64,000 bases of DNA from a virus (Duplodnaviria > Caudoviricetes), in IMG/VR virus record IMGVR_UViG_3300014204_000110, one strand, 5' to 3'. The notes beneath the pieces are model-generated. The model was not told the DNA's origin and made no database searches. It saw only the letters and a list, made by a program, of their open reading frames with translations. Positions 49,787-60,620 of this stretch are shown piece by piece. Both the position numbers and the translations under genes were made by a program. Within the stretch, counting starts at the first letter, position 1. Each line of letters opens with the position of its first letter.

Positions 49787-51259
49787 ATGCGTAATTATTT
49801 TTATAAATTAAATAAAACTTATATTGAAAATTTTTCTAAAAAAGTAATAACTTCTTTTAGAAATAATGATATTCATAGTTATGTATCTTTTTTAAAAACA
49901 TTATTTATAGAAATTAATTATCTTTTTAAGTTTATTGGTGGAATGTTATCATCTAAAGATAAACTTCAAAAACGTTTAGGATATCCAGAAACTAATACTT
50001 ATAATGAAGTTCTTAATAATCTTGATGTTGATATAAAAAAATTATATTCCGCTCAAACTATAATTAATTCTGATGTTAATAATTTATTAAGTTTTAATTC
50101 AACTCAACGTATCAAAACTTATGAAAATTTAACTTCTACACAACAACAAGTCTATTCTTTATATATAAAAAATAGAAAAGTTACTGGAAATGAGATTATA
50201 ATTCCAGTTGAAAATCCTTTTACAAGTTCTGATAATATGAGTTCTGATTCAAAAGATGTTTGTATTAATCAAGATAGAGGTTCATTAACTTTAAAATATG
50301 AAAGTTCTATTGAAAAATCGATAGATCTAGATAATGTTTTTATTTATTTTAGTGACTCGGTTCCTAAAGATAATATATATCCAAATAACAAAAGTTTACA
50401 TCTTGGATCTCATTGGAAAACATCTTCTAATGATCAACATTATATCAGTGATAATTTAACTGATATTAAAAATTATAAAACAAGATTAATTGATGATGTT
50501 AATAGTAATTATGGTGTTGGGTGGTGTGAATTTGAAGCAGTTAGAACAGAAATTAATTCATTAAGTTTAGCTATACAAAACTTATCTTTTAAAAAATCAT
50601 CATATATTAATAATATTTTTACATCTATTTCTAAAAATTATAAAAATCCAGATGAAATAACTATTAAAAATTACATCGGTAAAAAATACAATAGAGATGC
50701 AGAATCTATATATTTTGATATTAATAATTCATTACAAGGGACATTTATATCATATAATTTTTCTGTAGATAATTATATTAATCCAAAATATAAATTAGTT
50801 ATTCCATTTTTAAATAATGTTTCAACTACAAATGAAATTAGATTAGATTTTGAACCAGACAAATTAGGATTTTTTCCTAAAATTGTGTGGGATGAATCTA
50901 AAGTGTATTCTAATGATAATGGTATTGAAATTGCATATTCTTTGATAAGTCCTTCAGATTATAATAATGTTACTTATAATGGTGAATATAGACTTATAAT
51001 TAAAGATGGATATATTAAACCATCTAGAGTTGAAGTTATTCTAGAATATGGATCTGATAGTCTTCATTGGGTTCCAATTAATTTTTATATGAGTCATTAT
51101 TCTTATAATTCTTCAAAAAATTATAATTTAACACAACCATCTGGTGATGAAATTAATTTAATATTAAATAAAACTTATGATATTTTTGTTGATTCTGAAA
51201 ATGATGATATTAAAGAAAAAAATCGAGCATTAAATGTTTTATTAGGTAGAAAAAAATAA
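49787..51259 (+). CDS. peripheral baseplate protein (paralogue family)
   Basis: YNEVLNNLDVDIKKLY N-terminal helix. Confidence 0.45.
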   Translation: MRNYFYKLNKTYIENFSKKVITSFRNNDIHSYVSFLKTLFIEINYLFKFIGGMLSSKDKLQKRLGYPETNTYNEVLNNLDVDIKKLYSAQTIINSDVNNLLSFNSTQRIKTYENLTSTQQQVYSLYIKNRKVTGNEIIIPVENPFTSSDNMSSDSKDVCINQDRGSLTLKYESSIEKSIDLDNVFIYFSDSVPKDNIYPNNKSLHLGSHWKTSSNDQHYISDNLTDIKNYKTRLIDDVNSNYGVGWCEFEAVRTEINSLSLAIQNLSFKKSSYINNIFTSISKNYKNPDEITIKNYIGKKYNRDAESIYFDINNSLQGTFISYNFSVDNYINPKYKLVIPFLNNVSTTNEIRLDFEPDKLGFFPKIVWDESKVYSNDNGIEIAYSLISPSDYNNVTYNGEYRLIIKDGYIKPSRVEVILEYGSDSLHWVPINFYMSHYSYNSSKNYNLTQPSGDEINLILNKTYDIFVDSENDDIKEKNRALNVLLGRKK

Positions 51260-52857
51260 TGTATAAATATCCTGATCAACTTGGTTATATATGTAATAAA
51301 AAAGGTGCAGTTTCAAGTACAGTATCTGGTGAAACTGTAATGTATGTTTTATCTACTAAAACATGTGATAATGGTAAACAACTAATTATTAAAACATCCA
51401 AAGGAACTGATAAATTAAAAGAATCAAATACTATTATTCCAATATTACCATATAGATTAATTATAAATGATTATTCTTTTTTAAAAAAAATAGAACAAAA
51501 TTTAATTCAATATGCAGATTCTATTAATTTTTATAATCCTGGTATAACTGTTACTGATAAAATTAATTTACCATCTATTTTAAGTAATAATACATCAAAA
51601 TTTATAGAACTTAATATACCAAGAGATGGATTAAAGTATTTTTCTAATAATTATGTTTATCAAACTTTTTCTTCTACAAATAATATTGCTGTTACAATTA
51701 GGAATATAGATGTTTATGATACTCAAGCTTCTATGGTATTAGAAAATATATCTCCAACAGAAGATATATTATATATTTCTATAGTCACTAGAGTTGATAT
51801 AAGTGGTACAACATCTGATACATATTATGCTAATAAAGTTTTATCATATAGTTATTGTATTCCAATTGTTATTTCTTTAAAAATTAATAGAACTAATCTA
51901 ATTACTGATAAAATTATTAATACTGATATTTTACCTTATTCTTGGAGTTATATAATTGATTATAATCAATTTAATGATAATACCCCAGTTACAATTGGAA
52001 AAATAAATTCTTCAGAAATTGGTTCAATTGATACTAAAATGTGGAATTATAATATTATTCCAGGAAAATATCTATATTCTTCAACTTATAGAAATCGATA
52101 TGATCCAATAGCATTTGGTTGTAATGTTGATATTTGTTTAGATTTATCTAATATTATTACTGCAATATCTTCATATGGAAATTTTTATTTAGATGTTAAT
52201 AAATATAATCAAGCACATATTTTTACAAGATGTTCTTTAGGGTTATCTAGTGGATTTGTTTTATGTAGTTATTATTATTCTAAAAACAGAATGAATACAT
52301 TATCATCTAAAATTAATATATATAAATATAACACTTATTATATTTCAATATTTAATACTTATATTAATTCTAATAAAGAATTACATTTTTATATTTTAGA
52401 CGATTCTTTTAATATATTATCTAGATGTGTTATAACTAATGGTTATGATGGGGATTTATTAATTTCACAAGGATATGTATATTTAACTTATTCATCTAAT
52501 AATAAAAGATATATATTTAAATTATCAACTGATATATCTACTTTAGTTAGTATTATATCATATAAAGTTACTACTGGAGAATCATTTAAAAATTTGTTTT
52601 TATCATCTAATGCAACATTAATAGCTGAACAAACTATAAATATAAAAGAATCAAATTTATTTGATTATAATGTAACTATTGAAAATATTTATAAAATTGA
52701 TAAAACTTCTCAAGATAAGTCAATAGGTAATTTAAATAATACTTTTATTGGTGATTATTATTATTTAAATTCAAATGGATCTAATTATTTAATATTAGAT
52801 AAAGTTTCACTATCATCTTATGGTGTAACTAATGTTCCTCAATTTATTAATATATGA
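51259..52857 (+). CDS. hypothetical virion protein
   Basis: 532-aa beta-rich ORF, translationally coupled. Confidence 0.45.
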   Translation: MYKYPDQLGYICNKKGAVSSTVSGETVMYVLSTKTCDNGKQLIIKTSKGTDKLKESNTIIPILPYRLIINDYSFLKKIEQNLIQYADSINFYNPGITVTDKINLPSILSNNTSKFIELNIPRDGLKYFSNNYVYQTFSSTNNIAVTIRNIDVYDTQASMVLENISPTEDILYISIVTRVDISGTTSDTYYANKVLSYSYCIPIVISLKINRTNLITDKIINTDILPYSWSYIIDYNQFNDNTPVTIGKINSSEIGSIDTKMWNYNIIPGKYLYSSTYRNRYDPIAFGCNVDICLDLSNIITAISSYGNFYLDVNKYNQAHIFTRCSLGLSSGFVLCSYYYSKNRMNTLSSKINIYKYNTYYISIFNTYINSNKELHFYILDDSFNILSRCVITNGYDGDLLISQGYVYLTYSSNNKRYIFKLSTDISTLVSIISYKVTTGESFKNLFLSSNATLIAEQTINIKESNLFDYNVTIENIYKIDKTSQDKSIGNLNNTFIGDYYYLNSNGSNYLILDKVSLSSYGVTNVPQFINI

Positions 52858-54440
52858 CAAATTTAATATTTTCTCAAAATGATAGTGGATTATTTTCAGA
52901 TTCTTATACATATCTTAAGTATTCAATTGATATAATTCCTGCTGATCTTAATTTTAATATTGTAAAACCAGAGGTTTTATCTTTAAGTGGATCGACCTTA
53001 AATATTAATTATTTTAATGATCCAACATTTGGATATAATGAAGATTTTTCTAAACTTCATGTTAATGGTACATCATTGATGTTTATAATAAGTAATTGTT
53101 CTGGAATATATTCATCTAATTCAATATCTTTATCTTCATGGAATCCAATCATTAATGGAATTTCTATAGATACTATTAAAAGATCAGATATGAGTTTTAC
53201 TTATAATGGTGATTATAAAGTTTTTTCTGAGAATGTTGTTACAAAATCAGGATATTGGGCTTATGGTAATAATATTGAAGTTTCTTTAAATTATAATGGA
53301 ATTAATTTATTATATGGATCTTCAAGTCAAATAATTAAACCAATTATATATGATTATGATACTACTGGTGTATTTAAAATGAATTTAATTTTAAATCTTG
53401 ATTTTAATTCAGTATCAAGTCCGTATACTTATACAGATCCTAATTTTAGTTTATCTGGATGTATATTAGATATTAAAATGTATGATAAAAATAATATTAT
53501 AAAAGCAAATAAAAGTTATTCTAATGTTAATATAAATTTTCCAGATATAGATGGTTCTATAATAGTTGATAATAATATTACTAAAACTATTGATGATGTT
53601 GTGTTTTATGTATCTAGAAACGCTAATATTAGAGATACTAATTATACAGAACTCCATAATATTAAAAAACAAACATATAATATCATTAAAAATTCATTTT
53701 ATGAAGAAAATTACCAAAGTTATTTAAATAATAATGTTTATGCTGATAATATTATAATACCTAATTCTTCTTTAAATCGTGGAGATTATTGTTTTATATC
53801 TTATGAACCAAAATTATTTGGTATTAGATCTGGAATTAAAAATAATACAGCTATAACTGATTATGTAACAAATTGTAAAGGTCATAAATATTTTATATCT
53901 GGTGTTGCATTAAATATGAGTATTAGTGGTGTTTATGGAGATGATATATTAGATTTAATATCTGAACAAAATCCTTATATTTTTATAGATTCAGCAAATA
54001 ATAGTGGTCATCTTCAAGTTAATTTTAGTGCAACTCATGAAAATTGGACAACAAATACAAATAGAGATAATCTTCAAGAATCTGGTATTTATCCATTTAT
54101 TTCACAATTATATTTGATTGCTACTCAAAATAATTATATAGAAACTACATTACGAGTTCGACAAAGTACTTTTAATTCGTATGATGATGAACTGACCTAT
54201 CCTAATGTTGATATTACGTATACTACATTACTTTCTATTCTTGGAATGGAAAATCTTTATTACTCTCAATCTAGTTTATCTGGTACTGATATTTCTTTAA
54301 CTTCTCAATCAATAAATGTTAATATATTAAAATCTGGAAGTTATAAAGTATATTTAGCTGTAGTTGATGAATTTGATCAAGTATCATTATGGTGTATTAC
54401 TAATAAATCTAAAAATTTTAATTTTTCTGCAGGTTATTAA
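52854..54440 (+). CDS. hypothetical virion protein, Ser-Gly rich
   Basis: 528-aa ORF; ATGA overlap. Confidence 0.45.
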   Translation: MTNLIFSQNDSGLFSDSYTYLKYSIDIIPADLNFNIVKPEVLSLSGSTLNINYFNDPTFGYNEDFSKLHVNGTSLMFIISNCSGIYSSNSISLSSWNPIINGISIDTIKRSDMSFTYNGDYKVFSENVVTKSGYWAYGNNIEVSLNYNGINLLYGSSSQIIKPIIYDYDTTGVFKMNLILNLDFNSVSSPYTYTDPNFSLSGCILDIKMYDKNNIIKANKSYSNVNINFPDIDGSIIVDNNITKTIDDVVFYVSRNANIRDTNYTELHNIKKQTYNIIKNSFYEENYQSYLNNNVYADNIIIPNSSLNRGDYCFISYEPKLFGIRSGIKNNTAITDYVTNCKGHKYFISGVALNMSISGVYGDDILDLISEQNPYIFIDSANNSGHLQVNFSATHENWTTNTNRDNLQESGIYPFISQLYLIATQNNYIETTLRVRQSTFNSYDDELTYPNVDITYTTLLSILGMENLYYSQSSLSGTDISLTSQSINVNILKSGSYKVYLAVVDEFDQVSLWCITNKSKNFNFSAGY

Positions 54441-55795
54441 TGTCTAATAATTTTTATATTTCTTTAGGATCTTTAAGTGGAATTAATTTATATTTTGATT
54501 CTTTAAATAAAGGAGATTCTAATCTTTATTTTAAAGTTTATTCAAATGAAATTCAGATTCCTCCTCAAACGAAAATAAAGGCTATTATAGTACCAAGTGG
54601 AATTAGTAATCTACCTGATCCAGACACAGCTTTCTCTGTCTCTGAGTTACTTGTACGGCTTCGTAGTGATAAGATATATAGTGATGATGATTATGGATTA
54701 TATTCAGTGTATGGTGGATCAAATAATACATCTTCAAACATTAATCCTTCATTTAATGATGTTAAAATAGGAACAATGTGGGAGAATTCAGTATTTGATA
54801 TTCATTGGATAATTCAAAGAAATAATGTTGAAACTTATGGTAGTTATTCTGGAGTATGGAGTTTACCACATAATATTCAAAATCAAGAAGTTATAATAAG
54901 TGGTCAATTAATTTCTGATGATACTATGCATTATACATTAAATTGGAGTGGAATTAGTAATGAAGGATCACTTTTATATAATTATCCCACATATGGTCCA
55001 TATAGAATGTATGTATCTCATGCTTATGATGTAAATGATACTGTATCAGGATTTACAAATTACGTATATTATCCATCTGGAACTTTTATATCTGGAGTAT
55101 CTTTTAATTTACCATATAATGATCCTAGAACAAATACTCCTGCTATATATTTATTTAATCTTTTAAATGTTAGTGCATATAGTGGTATTAGGTTTAATTC
55201 TTCACCAAAAATTATTACAGTTGATCATGCTCAATTAAATTCTACAAGTTATTTTAAAAATCTTGATAATGAAGTATTTTCTAGTCCAGATGTTAATAAA
55301 TTAAAAAAAGTGGATGAAGTTTTAATAGAGTCTAATGTTATTAATAGGAAAAGATTAAGTATTGGAATTAATGATATTTGTATTAAAAATAATATATATA
55401 TGAAACAAGGAGTATATGTATCTAATTATTATCCAGTAGATTTTAATATATATACTTTTTCATTAAAAGTTGATGAATTTATTCCAGATTATGAAAATAT
55501 TAATAAATATAATATTGTTAAATATTTTATCGAATTTAATTCAAAATACGAACAAATATCTCCAATATCTAGAAGTGATGAATTTTTAGATAATAAACTT
55601 ATTCCAAAATTACTAATATTTGATAAAGGACAAGATATTAATCATATTAAATATCTTAATTATGAGAATGTAAGAAGTTTTAGAATTAAAATTCTATTTG
55701 ATTTATCTTTTTTAACTGATAATAAATTTATTTCACCTGAAATATTTGATTATAAATGTATTTTATACAGTAAAGAACAATTTTTATCTCTATGA
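54440..55795 (+). CDS. virion structural protein
   Basis: Ser-Gly-rich N-terminal half; C-terminal SPEIFDYKCIL strand. Confidence 0.45.
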   Translation: MSNNFYISLGSLSGINLYFDSLNKGDSNLYFKVYSNEIQIPPQTKIKAIIVPSGISNLPDPDTAFSVSELLVRLRSDKIYSDDDYGLYSVYGGSNNTSSNINPSFNDVKIGTMWENSVFDIHWIIQRNNVETYGSYSGVWSLPHNIQNQEVIISGQLISDDTMHYTLNWSGISNEGSLLYNYPTYGPYRMYVSHAYDVNDTVSGFTNYVYYPSGTFISGVSFNLPYNDPRTNTPAIYLFNLLNVSAYSGIRFNSSPKIITVDHAQLNSTSYFKNLDNEVFSSPDVNKLKKVDEVLIESNVINRKRLSIGINDICIKNNIYMKQGVYVSNYYPVDFNIYTFSLKVDEFIPDYENINKYNIVKYFIEFNSKYEQISPISRSDEFLDNKLIPKLLIFDKGQDINHIKYLNYENVRSFRIKILFDLSFLTDNKFISPEIFDYKCILYSKEQFLSL

Positions 55796-58700
55796 ACTAT
55801 AAAATAGATAACTTATATAATAAAGTTTATTCTTCGTTTATTCGTGGTGAGTATCCTGAAGGACCAAAAATACCTACTAAAAATGAGGTATTATCTAAAA
55901 TTGAAGAAATTACAACTTCAGAATATATTCCTATTACCAAAAATGATAGATTAAATGAAATTGATATTGATAAAATTAATGAAAAATTTTCAAATATTAT
56001 TGATGATATAGATATTTTATATTCTTCAATTGAATCTCAATCTAAAGAAGTATTATCTCAACTTACAAATTCTTTAAAAGAACATAATGGTGTTAAAAGT
56101 GAATTAAAACTTATAAATAATTCAGTTCAAGATATTTCTAATGGAAAACTTGGAGAAGAGTTTTTAACATATAATTTTACAGAAACGTTTAATGATTCTA
56201 CAAATATTAATTTAAATAAAAGTGATCCTATTAATTATGATGCTGGATTATTTACTATAAATAAAGATTTTAGTAATTATGTTAATCTTAAACATTATTA
56301 TGGAACAAAGTTAGATTTTATAATTTCTGAAAGTTATTCATTAATAATAGATAATGGTTATATTGGAGATACTGATGCTTCATTAATATTTGATCAAGTT
56401 AATCCAAGACAATTAATATATTATGTTAAAACTAGTAGTCCTACATCTTTAAAATTATCAACAAGTATACAACTTAATGAACAAGTTAGTGTTATAGATA
56501 TTAATTCTGTTATTATAGATATAGATTCTGATGTTTCAAAAGGATTAATTAGGTTATATTATAAAGATAATTATGAATGGAAAGATGTTAAAACTAATAG
56601 TATTCAAGAGATTATTAATGATAAAATTATTTTTAATTTTCCATCAGTTAAAACCTCACATATTAAAATAGAATTTATTAAAAATAGTCCAGATTCGTTT
56701 TTAGATAATTCATATTATTTTGCAATAAATAATATTTCGATATCTAAAAGTGTTTCTAAACGTACTGCTACTATGCAATCTAATGCTATAATTTTAAATA
56801 GTTATAATAACGATGTTCCTTTTATATCAAATATTAGTGTATCTGGAGATTATGACGTTCCTAATAATTGTGATATGAAAATATATGTTTCTCCAGATAT
56901 TAAAATAAGTGGAGCTTTTGTAGATAGTTTTAATAGTGTACTTGATTATAGATCTCCAAATATTTATAAGTTTGATCCAACTTATTCTGGATCTGTTTAT
57001 TTATCTGAGATAATGTATGTTAATAATCTTGTATCTGGTATATTTCCATATAAAAGTATTAATTTTAATTGGCAAGAACTTAAATTAAATGATAAAAAAG
57101 GTGAGTCCATACCAGAACTTATAGATTTTTCTAATACTATTAAAAATATTAAATTAGATAATTCTTTATTTAAACCAAATGATCAAATATTATTTGGAGA
57201 TTCTAATTATATAGAAACTTATAACGTAAGTGGATGGGTAAATGTAGATAATGAAAATTGGTCTATATTAGAATCAATGGTTATTTCTGGAATGTTAGTA
57301 TCTGGAGTTGATATAGCAACTTTAGAAGGTGTTTCTTGGAATGATATTGAAGATATTAATGGTATAATTCATCCAGATATATTAGCGAATCCTTTATATT
57401 CTGGACAGTGGATAGGATATAATAGTGGAGTTGGATATCCTTTTGGATATACATATTCAGATTATGTTTTAAAATTTGGAGATTATTCACAAAGTTATAA
57501 TGGGTGGTGGAGACCATATGTAGAATCTGTCACATTATCTGGAATAGATCCAGATTATACTGGAATTAATGGGTTTTTAAGTAATAATTATGTTAATTAT
57601 CTTCCTGATTTTTATTTTAATAATAATCATTTTTATAAAATATATAAATTTGGATATGGAAATAATGTTATTGATCAATCTATACGATTATATACATATC
57701 AAGAAAGACCTATTAATAACATTTTTGATAGATATCCTTGTACTTTTGTATGGAAATATAAAACTGAATGGATAGATAAAATAGATTATAAAATTAATGA
57801 TTTTGATCCAACTTATCCATCATCTTGGGATAATTATATTATTCCTATTTCTTCTGGATTATTAAATATTAATGAAGAGTATATTATTGATTCAATAACT
57901 GATCTTAAAATACATAATTCTAATTCTATTTTAGATAGATCAGAATATCAAATATTATATAATGATAATACTATAAATGGTTTGTTATTAAAAGGATTAT
58001 CTAATCGTACTGGTCTTATTCCAAGTGGAATTACTTTTGATTATAAATATCAATATAGAGTTAAAAATGAATATCTTTCTACATGGACTGCATTTGTTAT
58101 AGTTTCTCCAGGAAGTAGTGATAATTTTATTACTATATCAAATGTTTTTATAAATGAAAAAAATATTAAATTAATACAAAAAATAGTTGTAGAAAATATT
58201 GATAATGGACAAGTTACTGAGTTTCTAGATGATACTGGAGGATCTTTTTATATAGATTTTATGTCTCAAAATACTCAATCTGAAACACATTATAAAATTA
58301 CTATATTTTGTGCTAGTGATGAAAATACAGGATTTTGTGCTTATAATTGGATTCCTTATCAAAATAATATAAATGGAACAATTAATGTTTCTCCTTATAT
58401 TAAAATTGTATCTAAATTAGAATCACTTAAAATTGTAAGTTTTGATAATTTATTATATAATACTTCTTTTTCTAATGATAATAAAGCTGCTATTTATGAA
58501 GAAAATAATGAAAAATATATAGTTGTTAAAAAACCTTTTAAAGATTATGTTCCTGGATATTATTTTAATTATATTAATAAAAAGTATTATTATGATCCTG
58601 ATAAACAAATAGAAAATAAAAGTCATTGGATTAGATCTGGAGATAATATTAATATATATTATACTACAGGATCATCTGGTAATTTTGTATATAAAAAAGG

Positions 58701-59187
58701 TTTTAGTAATGTTGATATAAATTGGAATGGTGGAGTAACTCTTGTCGATTTTCCAAATTATACTGGATATGAAAGTTATCAACATCATAGTACGTATGGA
58801 TATCCTATAAATATAGATAATATTAATGAACAAAGTATTATTTTATATCCAAATGATATTGATCCTAGAGCACCAATATCTAGTGGAATTGTTGGAAGTT
58901 CTTTATGGTTAAATTGGTTAAATAATACTAATAGAAGTAGTGAAGCTAATATATATCAGAGTTCAAATAAATTAACAGTTTCGGATTATAATAGAGGATT
59001 TTTATTTTATGATACTGCTGAAAATTTACCATCATATTATTCAATATCATATAGATTAATTAAAAGTACTTCTGATATTAATAATAGATTTTTGTATAAA
59101 ATAGAACTTATAAGTGATGATGATGGTAGTCTTGTACCAAAAGTTCGATCAATAAATTTTATTATAAATAAGGACATTTATGCGTAA
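55792..59187 (+). CDS. large peripheral baseplate/fibre protein (paralogue family)
   Basis: INEKFSNIIDDIDILY N-terminal helix, discoidin-like FPSVKTSHIKIEF, C-terminal VPKVRSINF. Confidence 0.5.
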   Translation: MNYKIDNLYNKVYSSFIRGEYPEGPKIPTKNEVLSKIEEITTSEYIPITKNDRLNEIDIDKINEKFSNIIDDIDILYSSIESQSKEVLSQLTNSLKEHNGVKSELKLINNSVQDISNGKLGEEFLTYNFTETFNDSTNINLNKSDPINYDAGLFTINKDFSNYVNLKHYYGTKLDFIISESYSLIIDNGYIGDTDASLIFDQVNPRQLIYYVKTSSPTSLKLSTSIQLNEQVSVIDINSVIIDIDSDVSKGLIRLYYKDNYEWKDVKTNSIQEIINDKIIFNFPSVKTSHIKIEFIKNSPDSFLDNSYYFAINNISISKSVSKRTATMQSNAIILNSYNNDVPFISNISVSGDYDVPNNCDMKIYVSPDIKISGAFVDSFNSVLDYRSPNIYKFDPTYSGSVYLSEIMYVNNLVSGIFPYKSINFNWQELKLNDKKGESIPELIDFSNTIKNIKLDNSLFKPNDQILFGDSNYIETYNVSGWVNVDNENWSILESMVISGMLVSGVDIATLEGVSWNDIEDINGIIHPDILANPLYSGQWIGYNSGVGYPFGYTYSDYVLKFGDYSQSYNGWWRPYVESVTLSGIDPDYTGINGFLSNNYVNYLPDFYFNNNHFYKIYKFGYGNNVIDQSIRLYTYQERPINNIFDRYPCTFVWKYKTEWIDKIDYKINDFDPTYPSSWDNYIIPISSGLLNINEEYIIDSITDLKIHNSNSILDRSEYQILYNDNTINGLLLKGLSNRTGLIPSGITFDYKYQYRVKNEYLSTWTAFVIVSPGSSDNFITISNVFINEKNIKLIQKIVVENIDNGQVTEFLDDTGGSFYIDFMSQNTQSETHYKITIFCASDENTGFCAYNWIPYQNNINGTINVSPYIKIVSKLESLKIVSFDNLLYNTSFSNDNKAAIYEENNEKYIVVKKPFKDYVPGYYFNYINKKYYYDPDKQIENKSHWIRSGDNINIYYTTGSSGNFVYKKGFSNVDINWNGGVTLVDFPNYTGYESYQHHSTYGYPINIDNINEQSIILYPNDIDPRAPISSGIVGSSLWLNWLNNTNRSSEANIYQSSNKLTVSDYNRGFLFYDTAENLPSYYSISYRLIKSTSDINNRFLYKIELISDDDGSLVPKVRSINFIINKDIYA

Positions 59188-59431
59188 TAATTATCCAGTA
59201 TTGTCTCAAGAATTAAATGATAAATTTATGTCTAATTATGAACATCTTGTTTACTTACTTGGACAAAAAATTGATGGATATAATAAATATTCTGGAGTAT
59301 ATGATGTTTTAGAACTTGCTTGTTCTGGATATGTTATTAGTTTTAGTGGAATTCCTTCTGTATATAATGATAAATTTACTGATATTTTAAAATTTGATTA
59401 TATTTATAGAAAACATTTTAAAGAAATATAG
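59180..59431 (+). CDS. small virion protein
   Basis: 83 aa, AAGGA RBS, three SG motifs. Confidence 0.55.
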   Translation: MRNNYPVLSQELNDKFMSNYEHLVYLLGQKIDGYNKYSGVYDVLELACSGYVISFSGIPSVYNDKFTDILKFDYIYRKHFKEI

Positions 59432-59439
59432 GAGTATTT

Positions 59440-60192
59440 ATGATACCTACTGACCAACTTGTGGCTTATCCAATAACTAAAGAACTTGGATATAGAGAAA
59501 ATATTAATTCTAATGAACTTAATGAAACTATTAGATCTCTAGAAGAATCGGTTTTAAGAGCAATAATTAGAAGTACTCAACTCACTGAAAAAATAAATAT
59601 GTTAAATTTAGCAGTAACTTCAGCATATACTGCTCTTGGTAAATCTAGTCAAATGTATACTTCTTATCCGACTACTAGTGATATTATAAGTTCAACATCA
59701 TTTGTTGGAACAGCTTATGCTACTTCATTTGGAGATGTATCAGGAGTAAGACAAGATATTGTTAATGGAATTACTACTTTAGATTGGAATAATAATAAAA
59801 AATTATCTAAAATTCCTGTATATAATGGAATTGTTTCTTCTAATACTAAAATATACGTTGATGGAACTTTACGATCTAATGATGATGTTGTATATAATCT
59901 TGTAGATCTAGATGATTCTACATTTTGGATTGAATCAGCAACTGCTGGAGAACATAATGTTCAAATAGTAATTCCTCCTTCAACATCAAAAACATTTAAT
60001 TATCTAAAAATTATTCCATTTCCAATATTTGGTATAGAAATAACAAGAATTGAATATAGTGATTTACAAAATAAAGCACAAGTTATATATCCAACAAAAG
60101 AAAATTCTTTTTATTCTAAAGCTGGTCCATTAGTATTTCATTTATCACCAAGAGAATATAATAATAGTATTAATATCGTTTTAATGTTCTAG
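59440..60192 (+). CDS. virion structural protein, N-terminal part (probably continuous with 60207..60611 across a -1 shift)
   Basis: AGGAG RBS; NSNELNETIRSLEE helix; STFWIE; the downstream frame is open from 60174. Confidence 0.55.
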   Translation: MIPTDQLVAYPITKELGYRENINSNELNETIRSLEESVLRAIIRSTQLTEKINMLNLAVTSAYTALGKSSQMYTSYPTTSDIISSTSFVGTAYATSFGDVSGVRQDIVNGITTLDWNNNKKLSKIPVYNGIVSSNTKIYVDGTLRSNDDVVYNLVDLDDSTFWIESATAGEHNVQIVIPPSTSKTFNYLKIIPFPIFGIEITRIEYSDLQNKAQVIYPTKENSFYSKAGPLVFHLSPREYNNSINIVLMF

Positions 60193-60206
60193 AAGGTATT
60201 AATGTA

Positions 60207-60611
60207 ATGGGGTTTTCAATTATAGATATATGTTCTATTGATTACTTAAATAATATAAATACTGTATATCTTAAATTTGAAAATATTCCAGATGTTGATG
60301 TATATGGAAATACTGTTAGTGAAATTAATCCAGTATCAATAGATATTGATTTTTACGTCGATGGAGTTTTAAATGAATCTTATGATAATTGTATTGCTGA
60401 ATTTTCTTTAGTTCCATCAGTTAATTCTGGAACAAGTGTTGGACTATCTAGAATACGTGGATTTCAAAATATACCATCAACGAGTATAACTTTAGGTACA
60501 TTTAATGGTAAAAACACATTATATCTTAAATGTGTAATGAATGGTATTAATAATACAACTCCTGTTATAAGAGGAGCTAAATTAAATTATACATATGGAA
60601 CAATAGTGTAA
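60207..60611 (+). CDS. virion structural protein, C-terminal part
   Basis: Ends TTPVIRGAKLNY, like the other peripheral proteins. Confidence 0.5.
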   Translation: MGFSIIDICSIDYLNNINTVYLKFENIPDVDVYGNTVSEINPVSIDIDFYVDGVLNESYDNCIAEFSLVPSVNSGTSVGLSRIRGFQNIPSTSITLGTFNGKNTLYLKCVMNGINNTTPVIRGAKLNYTYGTIV

Positions 60612-60620
60612 GAGGTAAAA

